This document shows positions 46,285 through 56,900 of a DNA stretch of 64,000 bases, in pieces. The stretch is from assembly GCA_963705725.1 (NCBI GenBank), contig CAVPKM010000016.1, positions 73,703 through 137,702 on the forward strand, read 5' to 3'. Made by a program: the position numbers and the translations under genes. The notes under the pieces are model-generated. The model ran no database searches. It was not told the DNA's origin and worked only from the letters and a program-made list of their open reading frames with translations. The stretch is from an uncultured Gammaproteobacteria bacterium (GTDB taxonomy: Bacteria > Pseudomonadota > Gammaproteobacteria > UBA6002). Every line of letters begins with the position of its first letter. Position 1 is the first letter of the stretch.

Positions 46285-47103
46285 ATGACAACTTATGCTA
46301 TTGGTGATGTTCAAGGCTGTTTCAAATCCTTGATGAAATTACTAAAATTAATAAATTTCGATCGTGAAAATGATACCCTCTGGTTTACCGGGGATTTAGT
46401 CAATCGCGGGCCACAATCATTGGAAGTGCTACGATTCGTTTCTGAATTGCCACGGGTCGTTTGTGTGCTTGGAAATCATGACCTCGCCTTGCTTGTCCTT
46501 GCTTATACCCAACAAGTAATAAAGCATCATACGCTCAATGATATTTTAAGCGCACCAGATAAAGAAAAGTTGCTGAATTGGTTAAGAAGACAACCCCTTT
46601 TTTACGTTGACTCTCATTTTGACGCGGTGTTAGTGCATGCCGGCATCCCCCCACAATGGAATATAGAAAAAACCCTGCATCATGCCAGCGAAGTTTCTGA
46701 CTATCTAAGTAGTGATGACTATCAATTACTACTTCAAAATTTATTTGGCAATGAACCTAATCGCTTTAGTGAGTCTCTTTGCCAATTAGATCGTTTTCGC
46801 TTCACAATCAACGCGTTAACTCGAATGCGTTTTTGTCGTGAAGATGGTTCTTATGACTTGAATTATAAAGGAACCTTATCTGCTGCCCCCGCATATCTCA
46901 TTCCTTGGTATCAATTTCCAAGAAGAAAACAAGAAGAAAAAACCGTATTATTCGGACATTGGGCCGCGCTAAAAGGAGCAATTAGCAACCAACACTTGGA
47001 AGCACTGGATACAGGATGCTATTGGGGAGGTCAGCTTACTGCGCTTTGCCTAGAAACAAGAAAAAGATTCCAAATTATTTGCGGGGAAAACTGTCATAAA
47101 TAG
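46285..47103 (+). CDS. apaH: Symmetrical diadenosine tetraphosphatase
   Basis: IGDVQGC, GDLVNRGP, LGNHD, FGHWA, LDTGCYWG. Confidence 0.96.
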   Translation: MTTYAIGDVQGCFKSLMKLLKLINFDRENDTLWFTGDLVNRGPQSLEVLRFVSELPRVVCVLGNHDLALLVLAYTQQVIKHHTLNDILSAPDKEKLLNWLRRQPLFYVDSHFDAVLVHAGIPPQWNIEKTLHHASEVSDYLSSDDYQLLLQNLFGNEPNRFSESLCQLDRFRFTINALTRMRFCREDGSYDLNYKGTLSAAPAYLIPWYQFPRRKQEEKTVLFGHWAALKGAISNQHLEALDTGCYWGGQLTALCLETRKRFQIICGENCHK

Positions 47104-47106
47104 ATT

Positions 47107-47592
47107 TTAGGTTTTTCGCTTCAAAATTTGGAAGGTATGACTATAGGGGTTATGAGTATCAGAAATAATTTCTTCCTGTTCTAATACTTCCCAGTTGTCA
47201 TGATTCCATTTTGGAAAAAAAGCATCTCCCTCGAATTCATGATGGATGATAGTCAAATAAAGTCGATCCACCCTGTCAATGGTTTGCTGATATAACTTAG
47301 CGCCGCCTATAATAAAAATTTCTTTTTCATTTTTGTTTTCTTCAAGTGCTTCTTGCAAGCTTCTAAAAACAAAACAACCGGGATAATTGACCTTGCGATG
47401 AGTTAACACAATATTTTTGCGACCAGGCAAAGGCCTACCAATCGACTCATAGGTATTTCTTCCCATCACAATTGGTTTTCCCCAAGTAATTCGCTTGAAG
47501 CGCAGTAAGTCTGCGGGCAATGACCAGGGAAGGTGATTTTTAATACCAATTACGTGATTCATGTCAAAAGCGGTGATGATAGATAACTGCAC
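47107..47592 (-). CDS. folA: Dihydrofolate reductase (start corrected to the GTG at 47592)
   Basis: VIG..LPWSLPADL, MGRNTYESIGRPLPGR, IGGA; GAGG RBS; the longer ORF's TTG coincides with a -35 box (TTGACG-N16-TACGAT). Confidence 0.97.
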   Translation of the reverse strand: MQLSIITAFDMNHVIGIKNHLPWSLPADLLRFKRITWGKPIVMGRNTYESIGRPLPGRKNIVLTHRKVNYPGCFVFRSLQEALEENKNEKEIFIIGGAKLYQQTIDRVDRLYLTIIHHEFEGDAFFPKWNHDNWEVLEQEEIISDTHNPYSHTFQILKRKT

Positions 47593-47678
47593 AATAACCT
47601 CTAAGCGTAATATCTTTTCAATAGATCTTGATAATAATCGTAGAATACCTTTATTATTCGTCAATGTTCTATTAAAAA

Positions 47679-47702
47679 TATACCCTTTGTGAAGGGGGTA
47701 TA
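47679..47702. repeat. Family B minimal footprint (two ends joined)
   Basis: TATACCCTTTGTGAAGGGGGTATA. Confidence 0.62.
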
Positions 47703-47716
47703 CCTCTCAACTCTGA

Positions 47717-49270
47717 ATGAGCCGTATTGGAATAATCGGAAAAAATTTTATAAAAGTGATGAAAAAAAAATCAAGAAGAAAAATTTACGCTGGGATGCTG
47801 TTAATATTACTTGCCTGTTCCAGTAATGCTCAAGTTAGCAACCAACATTTAATGAGTCATATTGGGAAATACCCTAATTATCCTAGCCTAGATTATGGAA
47901 GTGGCTCGCAAGCAGCGTTGATTAAAAAAGGCGAATATCTTGCTCAAGCAGGGGATTGTATTGCCTGCCATACCAAACCGGGCGGGCTGCCCTTTGCCGG
48001 CGGGTTACCTATTGCCACCCCATTTGGCATCATCTATTCTCCAAATATCACTTCGGACAGAAAGCATGGAATTGGCAACTGGTCGCTGGCACAGTTTAGC
48101 AAGGCTATGCGTGAAGGGGTGGCGCCTGATGGATCAAATTATTTTCCCGTTTTTCCTTATCCTTATTTTAACAAGCTTTCAGATGAAGATATTGTAGCAT
48201 TAAAGGCTTATTTTGATGCCACTCCGCCCATCCCGCAAGTGAACAAACCAGTTGATATGCCAATTCCTTTCCGATGGAGATTTTTACAATTTTTCTGGAA
48301 AGTGATGTTTTTTGATTCCACTCAAGGCGTTTATAAGCCGGATCCAGAACAATCAAGCCAATGGAATCGTGGTGCCTATTTAGTGCAAGGCCTGGGTCAT
48401 TGCGGCATGTGCCATACTCCACTTAACCCTCTAGGTGCGCCAGAAGAAAAATACGCGCTAACCGGGGGATTTGGCTCGGGAAGCTATGCGCCAAATATTT
48501 CATTTTCACGCTTTGTTAACGTCTCTCTTTCACAGATTGTCAATATATTTGCAAATGACCGACTTTTATCCGGTGGCAAAATCGTGGGCCCAATGGCAGA
48601 AGTCATTCATGATAGTCTTGAATATCTTACACAAGAAGACTTAGCGGCGATTGCCACTTACTTGAGAACAGTAAAGAGCGAATTACCTGAATCTGCTTCC
48701 ACTAAGATTACGCCTAAAACAGGGCAAAAAATCTACGATAAATACTGTGTGGGTTGTCATGGTAGCGGGGCGGGTGGCGCACCTAAAATAGGAGATGCCA
48801 CTGACTGGTCACCGCGTATTGCGCATGGACTGCCTTTTCTTTATCAAAATGCTATTGTTGGCATTGGCAACATGCCGCCAAAAGGCAGTTGCGGAACCTG
48901 TACTGATCCAGAGATAAAAGCCGCTGTCGATTATATTGTAAAAAATAGCGAATCAAATGTTGGCGTAAGCCAAAAGAAAGTATCAAAATTACCTCAACCA
49001 ACTGAGGCACTAGGTAAAGAAATTTATAATCAAGCATGTGCCGTTTGTCACCAAAATGGAAGGCTTGGCGCTCCAATCACCGGCAATCAAGCACAATGGT
49101 CGCCGCTTATTAAGAAAAACATGGATGTATTAATCGAGCACACAATTAACGGCTACAACAACATGCCGGCGAAAGGGGCTTGTTCTAAATGCTCTGATAC
49201 TGATTTGATTGCCGCTGTGATCTACATGGTTAATCAAAGTCAAGCGGGTGGCGATTATAATCTATGGTAG
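47717..49270 (+). CDS. Tetraheme c-type cytochrome (dehydrogenase-type diheme domain plus two c5 domains); start probably near 47758
   Basis: CIACH, CGMCH, CVGCH, CAVCH; c5-type MPPKG.C..C and MPAKG.C..C. Confidence 0.88.
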   Translation: MSRIGIIGKNFIKVMKKKSRRKIYAGMLLILLACSSNAQVSNQHLMSHIGKYPNYPSLDYGSGSQAALIKKGEYLAQAGDCIACHTKPGGLPFAGGLPIATPFGIIYSPNITSDRKHGIGNWSLAQFSKAMREGVAPDGSNYFPVFPYPYFNKLSDEDIVALKAYFDATPPIPQVNKPVDMPIPFRWRFLQFFWKVMFFDSTQGVYKPDPEQSSQWNRGAYLVQGLGHCGMCHTPLNPLGAPEEKYALTGGFGSGSYAPNISFSRFVNVSLSQIVNIFANDRLLSGGKIVGPMAEVIHDSLEYLTQEDLAAIATYLRTVKSELPESASTKITPKTGQKIYDKYCVGCHGSGAGGAPKIGDATDWSPRIAHGLPFLYQNAIVGIGNMPPKGSCGTCTDPEIKAAVDYIVKNSESNVGVSQKKVSKLPQPTEALGKEIYNQACAVCHQNGRLGAPITGNQAQWSPLIKKNMDVLIEHTINGYNNMPAKGACSKCSDTDLIAAVIYMVNQSQAGGDYNLW

Positions 49271-49359
49271 ACCTGTTATCCCTTCCGTGTGCTGCTTTAC
49301 CTAACATGTTGAATAATTGCGAAAAATATTACTAATTATAAAATTAGGAGAGTCCTCTT

Positions 49360-50535
49360 ATGCGCTTTTCCCGCTTAATTAATTTATTTCTAAGCGCACC
49401 CTTACTAGGCTTGTCTTTTAATATTTTTGCTATGCCTCAAATGAATATGAGTCCTGGTGTCACGCCGATAAGCCGAGATATTTATTTTTTGCACATGACC
49501 ATTTTCTGGATTTGTGTTGTTATTGGCGTCATTGTCTTTGGCGTGATGTTTTATTCTTTACTACGACATAGAAGATCGTTGGGTGTCAAGCCAGCCACAT
49601 TTCACGAAAATACTAAATTAGAAATCCTGTGGGCAGTTATTCCTTTTTTGATATTAGTAATCATGGCGGTTCCTGCTACGAAAGTTTTGCTTCAAATGGA
49701 AGATGATGCGGATGCGGATGTCAACATCAAAATTACCGGATATCAATGGAAATGGCGTTATGAATATTTAGATGAAGGGTTAAACTTTTTTAGCAATCTT
49801 TCTACCTCCCCAGAACAAATACAGGGTAAGGCGCCAAAAAATGAATGGTATTTATTAGAAGTTGATAAACCCCTGGTTGTTCCTATTCATAAAAAAATTC
49901 GTTTCCTGGTTACTTCTAATGACGTAGTCCATTCTTGGTGGGTGCCGGCTTTAGGAGTAAAACGTGACGCGATACCGGGTTATATTCATGAAGCTTGGGC
50001 AAGAATCGATAAGCCCGGTATTTATCGTGGGCAATGTGCAGAACTTTGCGGTTTGAATCACGCTTTTATGCCAATTGTAGTAGATGCCAGGCCCAAGGCA
50101 GATTATGATGCATGGGTCAAAGCGCAGAAACTTGCCGCTACACAACCTAAAGGGCCCGTCTCTCCTGCCGCGCCTTTAACAAAAGCAGACCTGTTGGCAA
50201 ATGGAGCTGATGTATATGGACGCATGTGTTCAGTTTGTCATCAGCCTACTGGAAAGGGCATGCCGCCCGCCTTTCCTGCTCTTGCTGGGGATAAAATTGC
50301 AAATGGGCCAGTGGCAGACCATATTAAAGTAGTCCTGAAAGGACGCCCTGGGACAGCGATGCAAGCATTTGAGTTACAGCTTAACGATAAAGATATTGCT
50401 TCTGTTATTACCTATGAGCGTAATTCATGGGGTAATGGTCAACCAAGTAAATTTGGCAAAGATGCGGGAGGGGTGGTACAACCCACAGATGTTGCCGCGA
50501 TTCGTAAACAGCTAGCAAGTCAAAAGGGTGATTAA
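49360..50535 (+). CDS. coxB: Cytochrome c oxidase subunit II with a fused cytochrome c
   Basis: [14 protein letters not shown], CuA motif [12 protein letters not shown]; C-terminal CSVCH. Confidence 0.96.
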   Translation: MRFSRLINLFLSAPLLGLSFNIFAMPQMNMSPGVTPISRDIYFLHMTIFWICVVIGVIVFGVMFYSLLRHRRSLGVKPATFHENTKLEILWAVIPFLILVIMAVPATKVLLQMEDDADADVNIKITGYQWKWRYEYLDEGLNFFSNLSTSPEQIQGKAPKNEWYLLEVDKPLVVPIHKKIRFLVTSNDVVHSWWVPALGVKRDAIPGYIHEAWARIDKPGIYRGQCAELCGLNHAFMPIVVDARPKADYDAWVKAQKLAATQPKGPVSPAAPLTKADLLANGADVYGRMCSVCHQPTGKGMPPAFPALAGDKIANGPVADHIKVVLKGRPGTAMQAFELQLNDKDIASVITYERNSWGNGQPSKFGKDAGGVVQPTDVAAIRKQLASQKGD

Positions 50536-50537
50536 TT

Positions 50538-52131
50538 ATGACTGAAGAAGTGTTAGGGCAAGAACATCATTTACATCATCATGAGCCAGGGATACTAGGT
50601 TTTATAAAAAGATGGGTGTTTACTACTAATCATAAAGATATTGGTACGCTCTATCTTTGGCTTGCTTGCTTGATGTTCTTTGTTGGCGGATTCATGGCAT
50701 TATTAATTCGCACAGAATTGTTTAGCCCAGGGATGCAGCTGCTTACCCCGGATTTATTCAATACCATGACAACCATGCACGGCTTGATCATGATATTTGG
50801 CGTAGTCATGCCGGCCTTTGTTGGGCTTGCGAATTGGCAGATACCCATGATGATTGGCGCGCCAGACATGGCATTTCCTCGTCTTAATAATTGGAGCTTT
50901 TGGATTTTGCCCTTTGCCTTTACCATTTTGCTTTCCACTCTCTTTATGGAAGGCTCTGCACCAAATTTTGGCTGGACTTTTTATGCCCCACTCTCCACAA
51001 CTTACGGTCCGCCAAGCACGGATTATCTAATTTTTTCAATACATCTTATGGGGCTTTCCTCAATCCTGGGCGCAATTAATATTATTGCAACCATTCTTAA
51101 TTTGCGTGCGCCTGGCATGAGCTTTATTAAAATGCCGATGTTCGTTTGGACTTGGCTGATCACCGCTTTCTTGCTCATCGGCATTATGCCTGTTTTAGCT
51201 GGCACCGTTACCATGATGTTGACAGATCGTCATTTCGGTACCAGCTTTTTTAACGCTGCAGGAGGCGGAGACCCAATACTTTTCCAGCATTTATTTTGGT
51301 TTTTTGGTCATCCAGAAGTTTATGTGCTGATTTTGCCAGCCTTCGGGATCATGTCAGAAATTATTCCTACTTTTAGTCGATAAACCTTTATTTGGTTATC
51401 GTTTTATGGTTTATGCATTAATTGGGATTGCCTTTCTTTCTTATATTGTTTGGGCGCATCACATGTTTACGACAGGGATGCCGATTGCTTCAGAATTATT
51501 TTTCATGTACGCCACCATGCTAATTGCTGTTCCTACTGGGGTAAAGGTATTCAACTGGGTATCCACCATGTATCGAGGCGCCATCTCATTTGAAACCCCC
51601 ATGCTATTTGCGATTGCCTTTGTATTTTTATTCACCATAGGTGGATTTTCTGGATTAATGCTTGCCTTAGTCCCTGCAGATTTTCAGTATCAAGATACCT
51701 ATTTTGTGGTTGCACATTTTCATTATGTGCTTGTACCCGGTGCTATATTTGCCATTATGGCAGGGATCTATTATTGGTTGCCGAAGTGGTGTGGCCATAG
51801 GTACAATGAAAGACTAGGCAAATGGCATTTTTGGCTCACTGTCATATCATTGAATATTACTTTTTTCCCCATGCACTTTTTGGGGCTTGCGGGTATGCCA
51901 AGAAGAATTCCTGATTATGCCTTACAATTTTCAGATTTTAATGCGGTAGCGAGTGTCGGCGCATTTATTTTTGGATTTTCACAATTAATCTTTTTATACA
52001 ATGTGATTAAAACAATTTGGCATGGGGCATCTGTACCCTCGAAAGTATGGGAAGGCGCACATGGTTTGGAGTGGACCTTGCCTTCTCCTCCTCCTTACCA
52101 TTCCTTCACCACTCCTCCTCATGTAGAGTAG
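50538..52131 (+). pseudogene. coxA: Cytochrome c oxidase subunit I, interrupted by a 1-nt insertion (real or assembly error)
   Basis: TNHKDIG, GHPEVY, WAHH, HFHY all present; CGA-T-AAA at 51378-51384 breaks FSRKPLFG; ~530 aa once corrected. Confidence 0.92.
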
Positions 52132-52137
52132 GCATAG

Positions 52138-52695
52138 GTGAATAATAGAAAACTTGCCATTATCTTGTCCGCTGCCGTGATAGGGATGTTTGGATTTGGT
52201 TATGCCTTAGTGCCGATTTATAACGTAATGTGTAAAACATTTGGCATTAATGGGAAACCACTTAATGTCGCACAAGCCATTGATAATAGTGTCGATTATT
52301 CTCGCACCATCACGGTACAGTTTTTAGCCACAAAAAATGATTATCTTCCCTGGAAATTTCACCCACTCGTGAAGTGGGTGAAAATTCATCCAGGAGAGAA
52401 TAAAAAAGTGGCATTTTATGCTGAAAATGAAACGGGCGATGATATGATTGTTCAAGCTATTCCAAGTATTACGCCAGGAACTGCAGCTAAGCATCTAAAA
52501 AAAACAGAATGTTTCTGTTTTACAAAACAGATGATGAAGGGAAAACAAGGAATGACTTGGCCGCTTCTTTTCCATTTGGATAAAGACCTGCCTAAAAAAG
52601 TACGCACGGTCACATTATCCTACACATTATTTGATATCACAAAGACAGCAAAGAATATTAAAGAAAACAAAAATGCTGGTCATTTACCAGGGTAG
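52138..52695 (+). CDS. ctaG: Cytochrome c oxidase assembly protein CtaG/Cox11
   Basis: MFGFGYALVPIY..C, KTECFCF, TLSYT. Confidence 0.95.
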   Translation: MNNRKLAIILSAAVIGMFGFGYALVPIYNVMCKTFGINGKPLNVAQAIDNSVDYSRTITVQFLATKNDYLPWKFHPLVKWVKIHPGENKKVAFYAENETGDDMIVQAIPSITPGTAAKHLKKTECFCFTKQMMKGKQGMTWPLLFHLDKDLPKKVRTVTLSYTLFDITKTAKNIKENKNAGHLPG

Positions 52696-52720
52696 GAATT
52701 TTGCGATAAAAGAGGATAAC

Positions 52721-53602
52721 ATGGCAAATAAATATCAAGAAAAATATTATCTTCCCGAGCCAAGCGGCTGGCCAATTATTGGCTCAATTGGACTGTTTTG
52801 CTTTATGTTTGGCGCTGCCCATTGGCTTCATGGCCAAACCATCGGCCCATACTTATTTATTCTGGGCGCCTTAATCCTTATATACATGTTGTTTGGTTGG
52901 TTTCACCGCGTGATCAAAGAAAATGAAGCGGGGCTATTAAATTCCAAGCAAATGGAGCGTTCTTATCGTTGGGGAATGTGTTGGTTTATTTTTTCTGAAG
53001 TCATGTTTTTCAGTGCGTTCTTTGGGGCACTTTTCTATTCTAGGCTGTTCACTGTCCCTTGGCTAGGAGGCGAGGGGTCGGGTGTACTGACACACTTGCT
53101 ACTCTGGCCAAACTTTCAACCAGAATGGCCTGTCTTTCAAAATCCAAATCCCGCACTGTATATCGCGCCTAAATCTGTTATGGAGACCTGGGGAATTCCA
53201 GCACTCAATACCCTGATTCTCTTAACAAGTGGGGTAACCATTACTATTGCGCATTGGAATCTACTAAAAGATAAACGTGTCCCAGCCATAGTTTTTCAAG
53301 GATTAACCATCCTTCTTGGGATCACCTTTTTAATCATGCAGGCACATGAATACAGCATTGCGTATTTAGAGAAAGGATTAAAGCTTTCATCTGGTATTTA
53401 TGGCACCACTTTTTTTATGCTAACAGGGTTTCATGCCTTGCATGTCACTGTCGGTACCATCATGCTGATCGCCATTTTTGGCCGGTTGCTTAAGGGGCAT
53501 TTCAATTCAAAACATCATTTTGGTTTCGAAGCTGCTGCTTGGTATTGGCATTTTGTAGACGTGGTATGGCTGTTTCTGTTTGTTTTTGTTTACTGGATAT
53601 AA
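52721..53602 (+). CDS. coxC: Cytochrome c oxidase subunit III (start corrected to 52721)
   Basis: WFIFSEVMFF, TGFHALHV, WYWHFVDVVW; GAGGA RBS. Confidence 0.97.
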   Translation: MANKYQEKYYLPEPSGWPIIGSIGLFCFMFGAAHWLHGQTIGPYLFILGALILIYMLFGWFHRVIKENEAGLLNSKQMERSYRWGMCWFIFSEVMFFSAFFGALFYSRLFTVPWLGGEGSGVLTHLLLWPNFQPEWPVFQNPNPALYIAPKSVMETWGIPALNTLILLTSGVTITIAHWNLLKDKRVPAIVFQGLTILLGITFLIMQAHEYSIAYLEKGLKLSSGIYGTTFFMLTGFHALHVTVGTIMLIAIFGRLLKGHFNSKHHFGFEAAAWYWHFVDVVWLFLFVFVYWI

Positions 53603-53637
53603 CTCCTACATTACAGCTATTTTCAAGGAAGAAAAAA

Positions 53638-53958
53638 ATGATACAACATCTCGTTTATTTTAAATTTAAGCCTGAAGTAACAGACGCTAAAATATTCGCA
53701 CTTCTAGATCAACTTGCAGCATTAAAAAAAGATATGCCATCCATGCTTCATTATTCACGTGGAGTAAATTGCAGTATTGAAAATTTAAATAAAGGATTCA
53801 CTCACGCGATGATGATGACTTTTAAGAATGCGGCAGGAAGAGATGAATATATTAATCATTCTGAGCACAAGCGCGTTGCCGCTGAAATAACACTGCACCT
53901 TGTCAATGGCTTAGAATCCGCCATAGTCATCGATTATGAATTTGAAGATGACAAGTAA
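53638..53958 (+). CDS. Dabb (stress-responsive A/B barrel) family protein (start corrected to 53638)
   Basis: MIQHLVYFKFK, GFTH, F....RDEY..H..H pattern. Confidence 0.85.
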   Translation: MIQHLVYFKFKPEVTDAKIFALLDQLAALKKDMPSMLHYSRGVNCSIENLNKGFTHAMMMTFKNAAGRDEYINHSEHKRVAAEITLHLVNGLESAIVIDYEFEDDK

Positions 53959-53973
53959 TGCGCTTTAAATCTT

Positions 53974-56900
53974 TCATCTCTTGCTGCTTATCCCTAAAAG
54001 TGGGGTGTGGTTGCCAGATTGCTGTAGCATAGTAAAATTTGCTGCTGTAACGGCTTCATCTTTGGCGTTGGAAAAACTGCTATCGCGAACAGGAAGAATA
54101 GCGTCGCTGTTAAATGAAATATCAAAACTTGCTAAACGCTCAGTGAAATTCTGGATGGCTTTCTTTTTAAATGGCTGATTGATCAATTCAAAAAGTGCGA
54201 TAACCATTTCCAATTGCAATGTGATAGGCAGTTTATTAATTATTTCATTCACTGTTTCACTAACAAGTGGCTGCTTAAAGAAAATATATTCTTGTGTAGT
54301 TGAAATAAAATGAGATGGATTCTGATTCTGTTCTGCTAGAGAAATATTTTGGCTATTGACTGCTGCGACACTGAACGTGGTCAGTAAAATGGTCGTAGAG
54401 TTCATGGATTGAGTTGTTGTTCTCTTATTATAAAAATCAGGATGATATTTTAGCACTGATTGAGTGAGTTCTGAGTTATTTAATAAAATCTCGAAATCAT
54501 CAAGCGTGTTTGGCTGCACTAGAAAAAGGCTGCTTACAATTGTTTGTAATGTTTCAACAGGAATTTTTAAATAAAGATGAGGGTAAACTAACAAACAGAA
54601 TTTCAGATTTTTAAAGGGGGTAGTTAATTGGGTTAACTGTAAGTTATTAATTGGCTCGCAATAAAAATTTAATCTTAAAAAAAATCCGGTAAGGACTTCC
54701 TGATTAATTTTTAATAGAAGATCAATTGGAAACAGATACCGAATAAATTCATGATAATGTGAAAAATGAGAGAGTGGATATAAATTGAGTATTGTAATTA
54801 AATTTATAAGATGTCTTTCTGAAAAGGAATCATGCTTGGTTAATAAGGCGTGCAATAATAGCAAATAAAATAGTGAATTAGTTTTGTTTTCTATGTCGGG
54901 ATATTCTGGCTGACAAAAAATATCACACGCTAATTCAAAATAGGTTTCTTTGGCTAGATAGTCCATGGTCAAATTTGGAAAATGCAACGAAAGGTTTATA
55001 ACAATGGTTATGAAAATTTCTGCATTAACCATTTCTTCCCCATCCACTAATACACTGCTGCTACGATTTAATAAAGTGATTAAAACAGTTCGATAGCGGA
55101 TATAAAGCATGAAGAAAATATTCAATTCTTCAGTGCCAAATAGGTTATTGTGAAAAAAACTTAACAAATTTTTTGACCAGGTATCAACCTGACTCGCAAG
55201 ATTTTCAGTAGGAATAGATTCACTCTCCTCAAGGAAAGAATCAACATACTCTTGATCGAGAAGCAAATCTAATTGAAAATTTTCGTGTTCTAAAGATCTC
55301 ACCGGTGAAACCACAGAAATGGCTGATAATTCTGGCCATTTATTAATGATCTTGTTTTGCAAGTTTTTTGGAAGGTTGATGAGATTTGCTTTGAGAAAAT
55401 GAAAGATATAAAAATCGGGATTTTCTTTTAGGATATTTAATATCAGCCCATAATCCTCTTCAAGACAAAAAGTGACATAGTCTTCTAAATTAAAAGTGAG
55501 TTTCGAAAAAAAAGAAAAATTACAAAAAATCAATTCAGCAAGATAAAAATTTATTTTGACGAGGTGCAATATTTTTTCTTTATCTTGCAATAACTCAAGG
55601 ATTAAGTCGGAAGAAACAACCTCAAATAAATTTTTTATCACTAGAGGCGCTCTAAAACTTTCAGTTTCAATCCAATTTTGTAAGATTGATAGGGTTAATC
55701 CTTCGGTAATATTTGAAGCAATCGATTCTTCGCTCATTAAATAATTAACGATGTCATATTGAGTGATTTGATCAAAATGACTTGATATGCATGCTATTAA
55801 TTTTGTGGCGATCGATGTGCAATTTGGGTTGTGACATAAAAAAACAAATGTAGCTAGTTTTAACTGATTAATTAAATGAATACAGTTTTCGACATTTAAA
55901 TTTAGCAACAAAATATTTGCTGTATTTTTTCTGTCTAGTAACATTTCAAGCTGTTTTCGACAAGTGTGATTTGCTGAATTAAATAGTTTCAAAATTAGTA
56001 ATGGATTTTTACTTATTGGTATCAGCATTTTTTGTAGGCGTATGTCATCAGAAAAAAGCAATGATTGTAGTAATTCATTGTAATTAATCCATTCGATTAT
56101 TTTTTTTCGTTTTAATGCGCTTCCTAAAACATAATAACTGTTAGAATCTAATGCAGAAAAAAATTTAACTGAATAATAAAAGTTTTTAAGAATAATAGAG
56201 AGCAGTGTATCTTTTTCTTCTTTTTTCTTAGGACCTGTGGTTGTTTCTAATTTCTTTGCGTAATCGATGATATGCTTTCCATTTGCAATGGAAATAAATA
56301 TTGTCAGTAGCTTTAAATTTTTAGCCGACAATTCTTCAGAAAGAAGCAAATCATGGCATAGCCGTTGATTTAAATTAGTTGTATTTTCATAATTCATTCG
56401 TAATCTTACTAAAGGATGAAGCGTTTCCACCTCTGTCCTTGCTAATTGTTTTTTCAGTCTTTCCCAATTAGATAAGTTGATTAGAATTAGTGCAAAGTAA
56501 TTATCCATGCGCTTATCTACATGATGCGCGACATTTTTTTCACTAATGGTGTAAGTTAATTTCAGTCTTGAATAGGAAAAGGAATAGTTGTATTCAACAT
56601 CACTTTCTTTTGAAAGTGCGGCGAGAAATTCAAAATATATTTTTTCCCAAATGAAATCTTTTTGGCAAATTAAACGATCAAAAAAAGTTCTAAGTAATGG
56701 TTCGCGCATGCATTTAATAATTTGCTTTGTTTTTAAATGCAAGGCATTAAAAAAATAATCATTTTCTAAAAGAATAAACAATGCATTAAGATCGTTAATT
56801 GCTGCGGTTGATAAATTATTGAGCGTGCTTCTCATTTTAGCGATTAATATATCAAAGAATTTTTTTCTTGCCCCTCCTGCATCATCAAAATGATTTCTAA

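Noticed and set aside
51381-51383. Stop-codon readthrough or a variant genetic code in coxA
   Set aside because: The downstream part is in a different frame, so it is an insertion; TAA, TAG and TGA all end normal genes in this window
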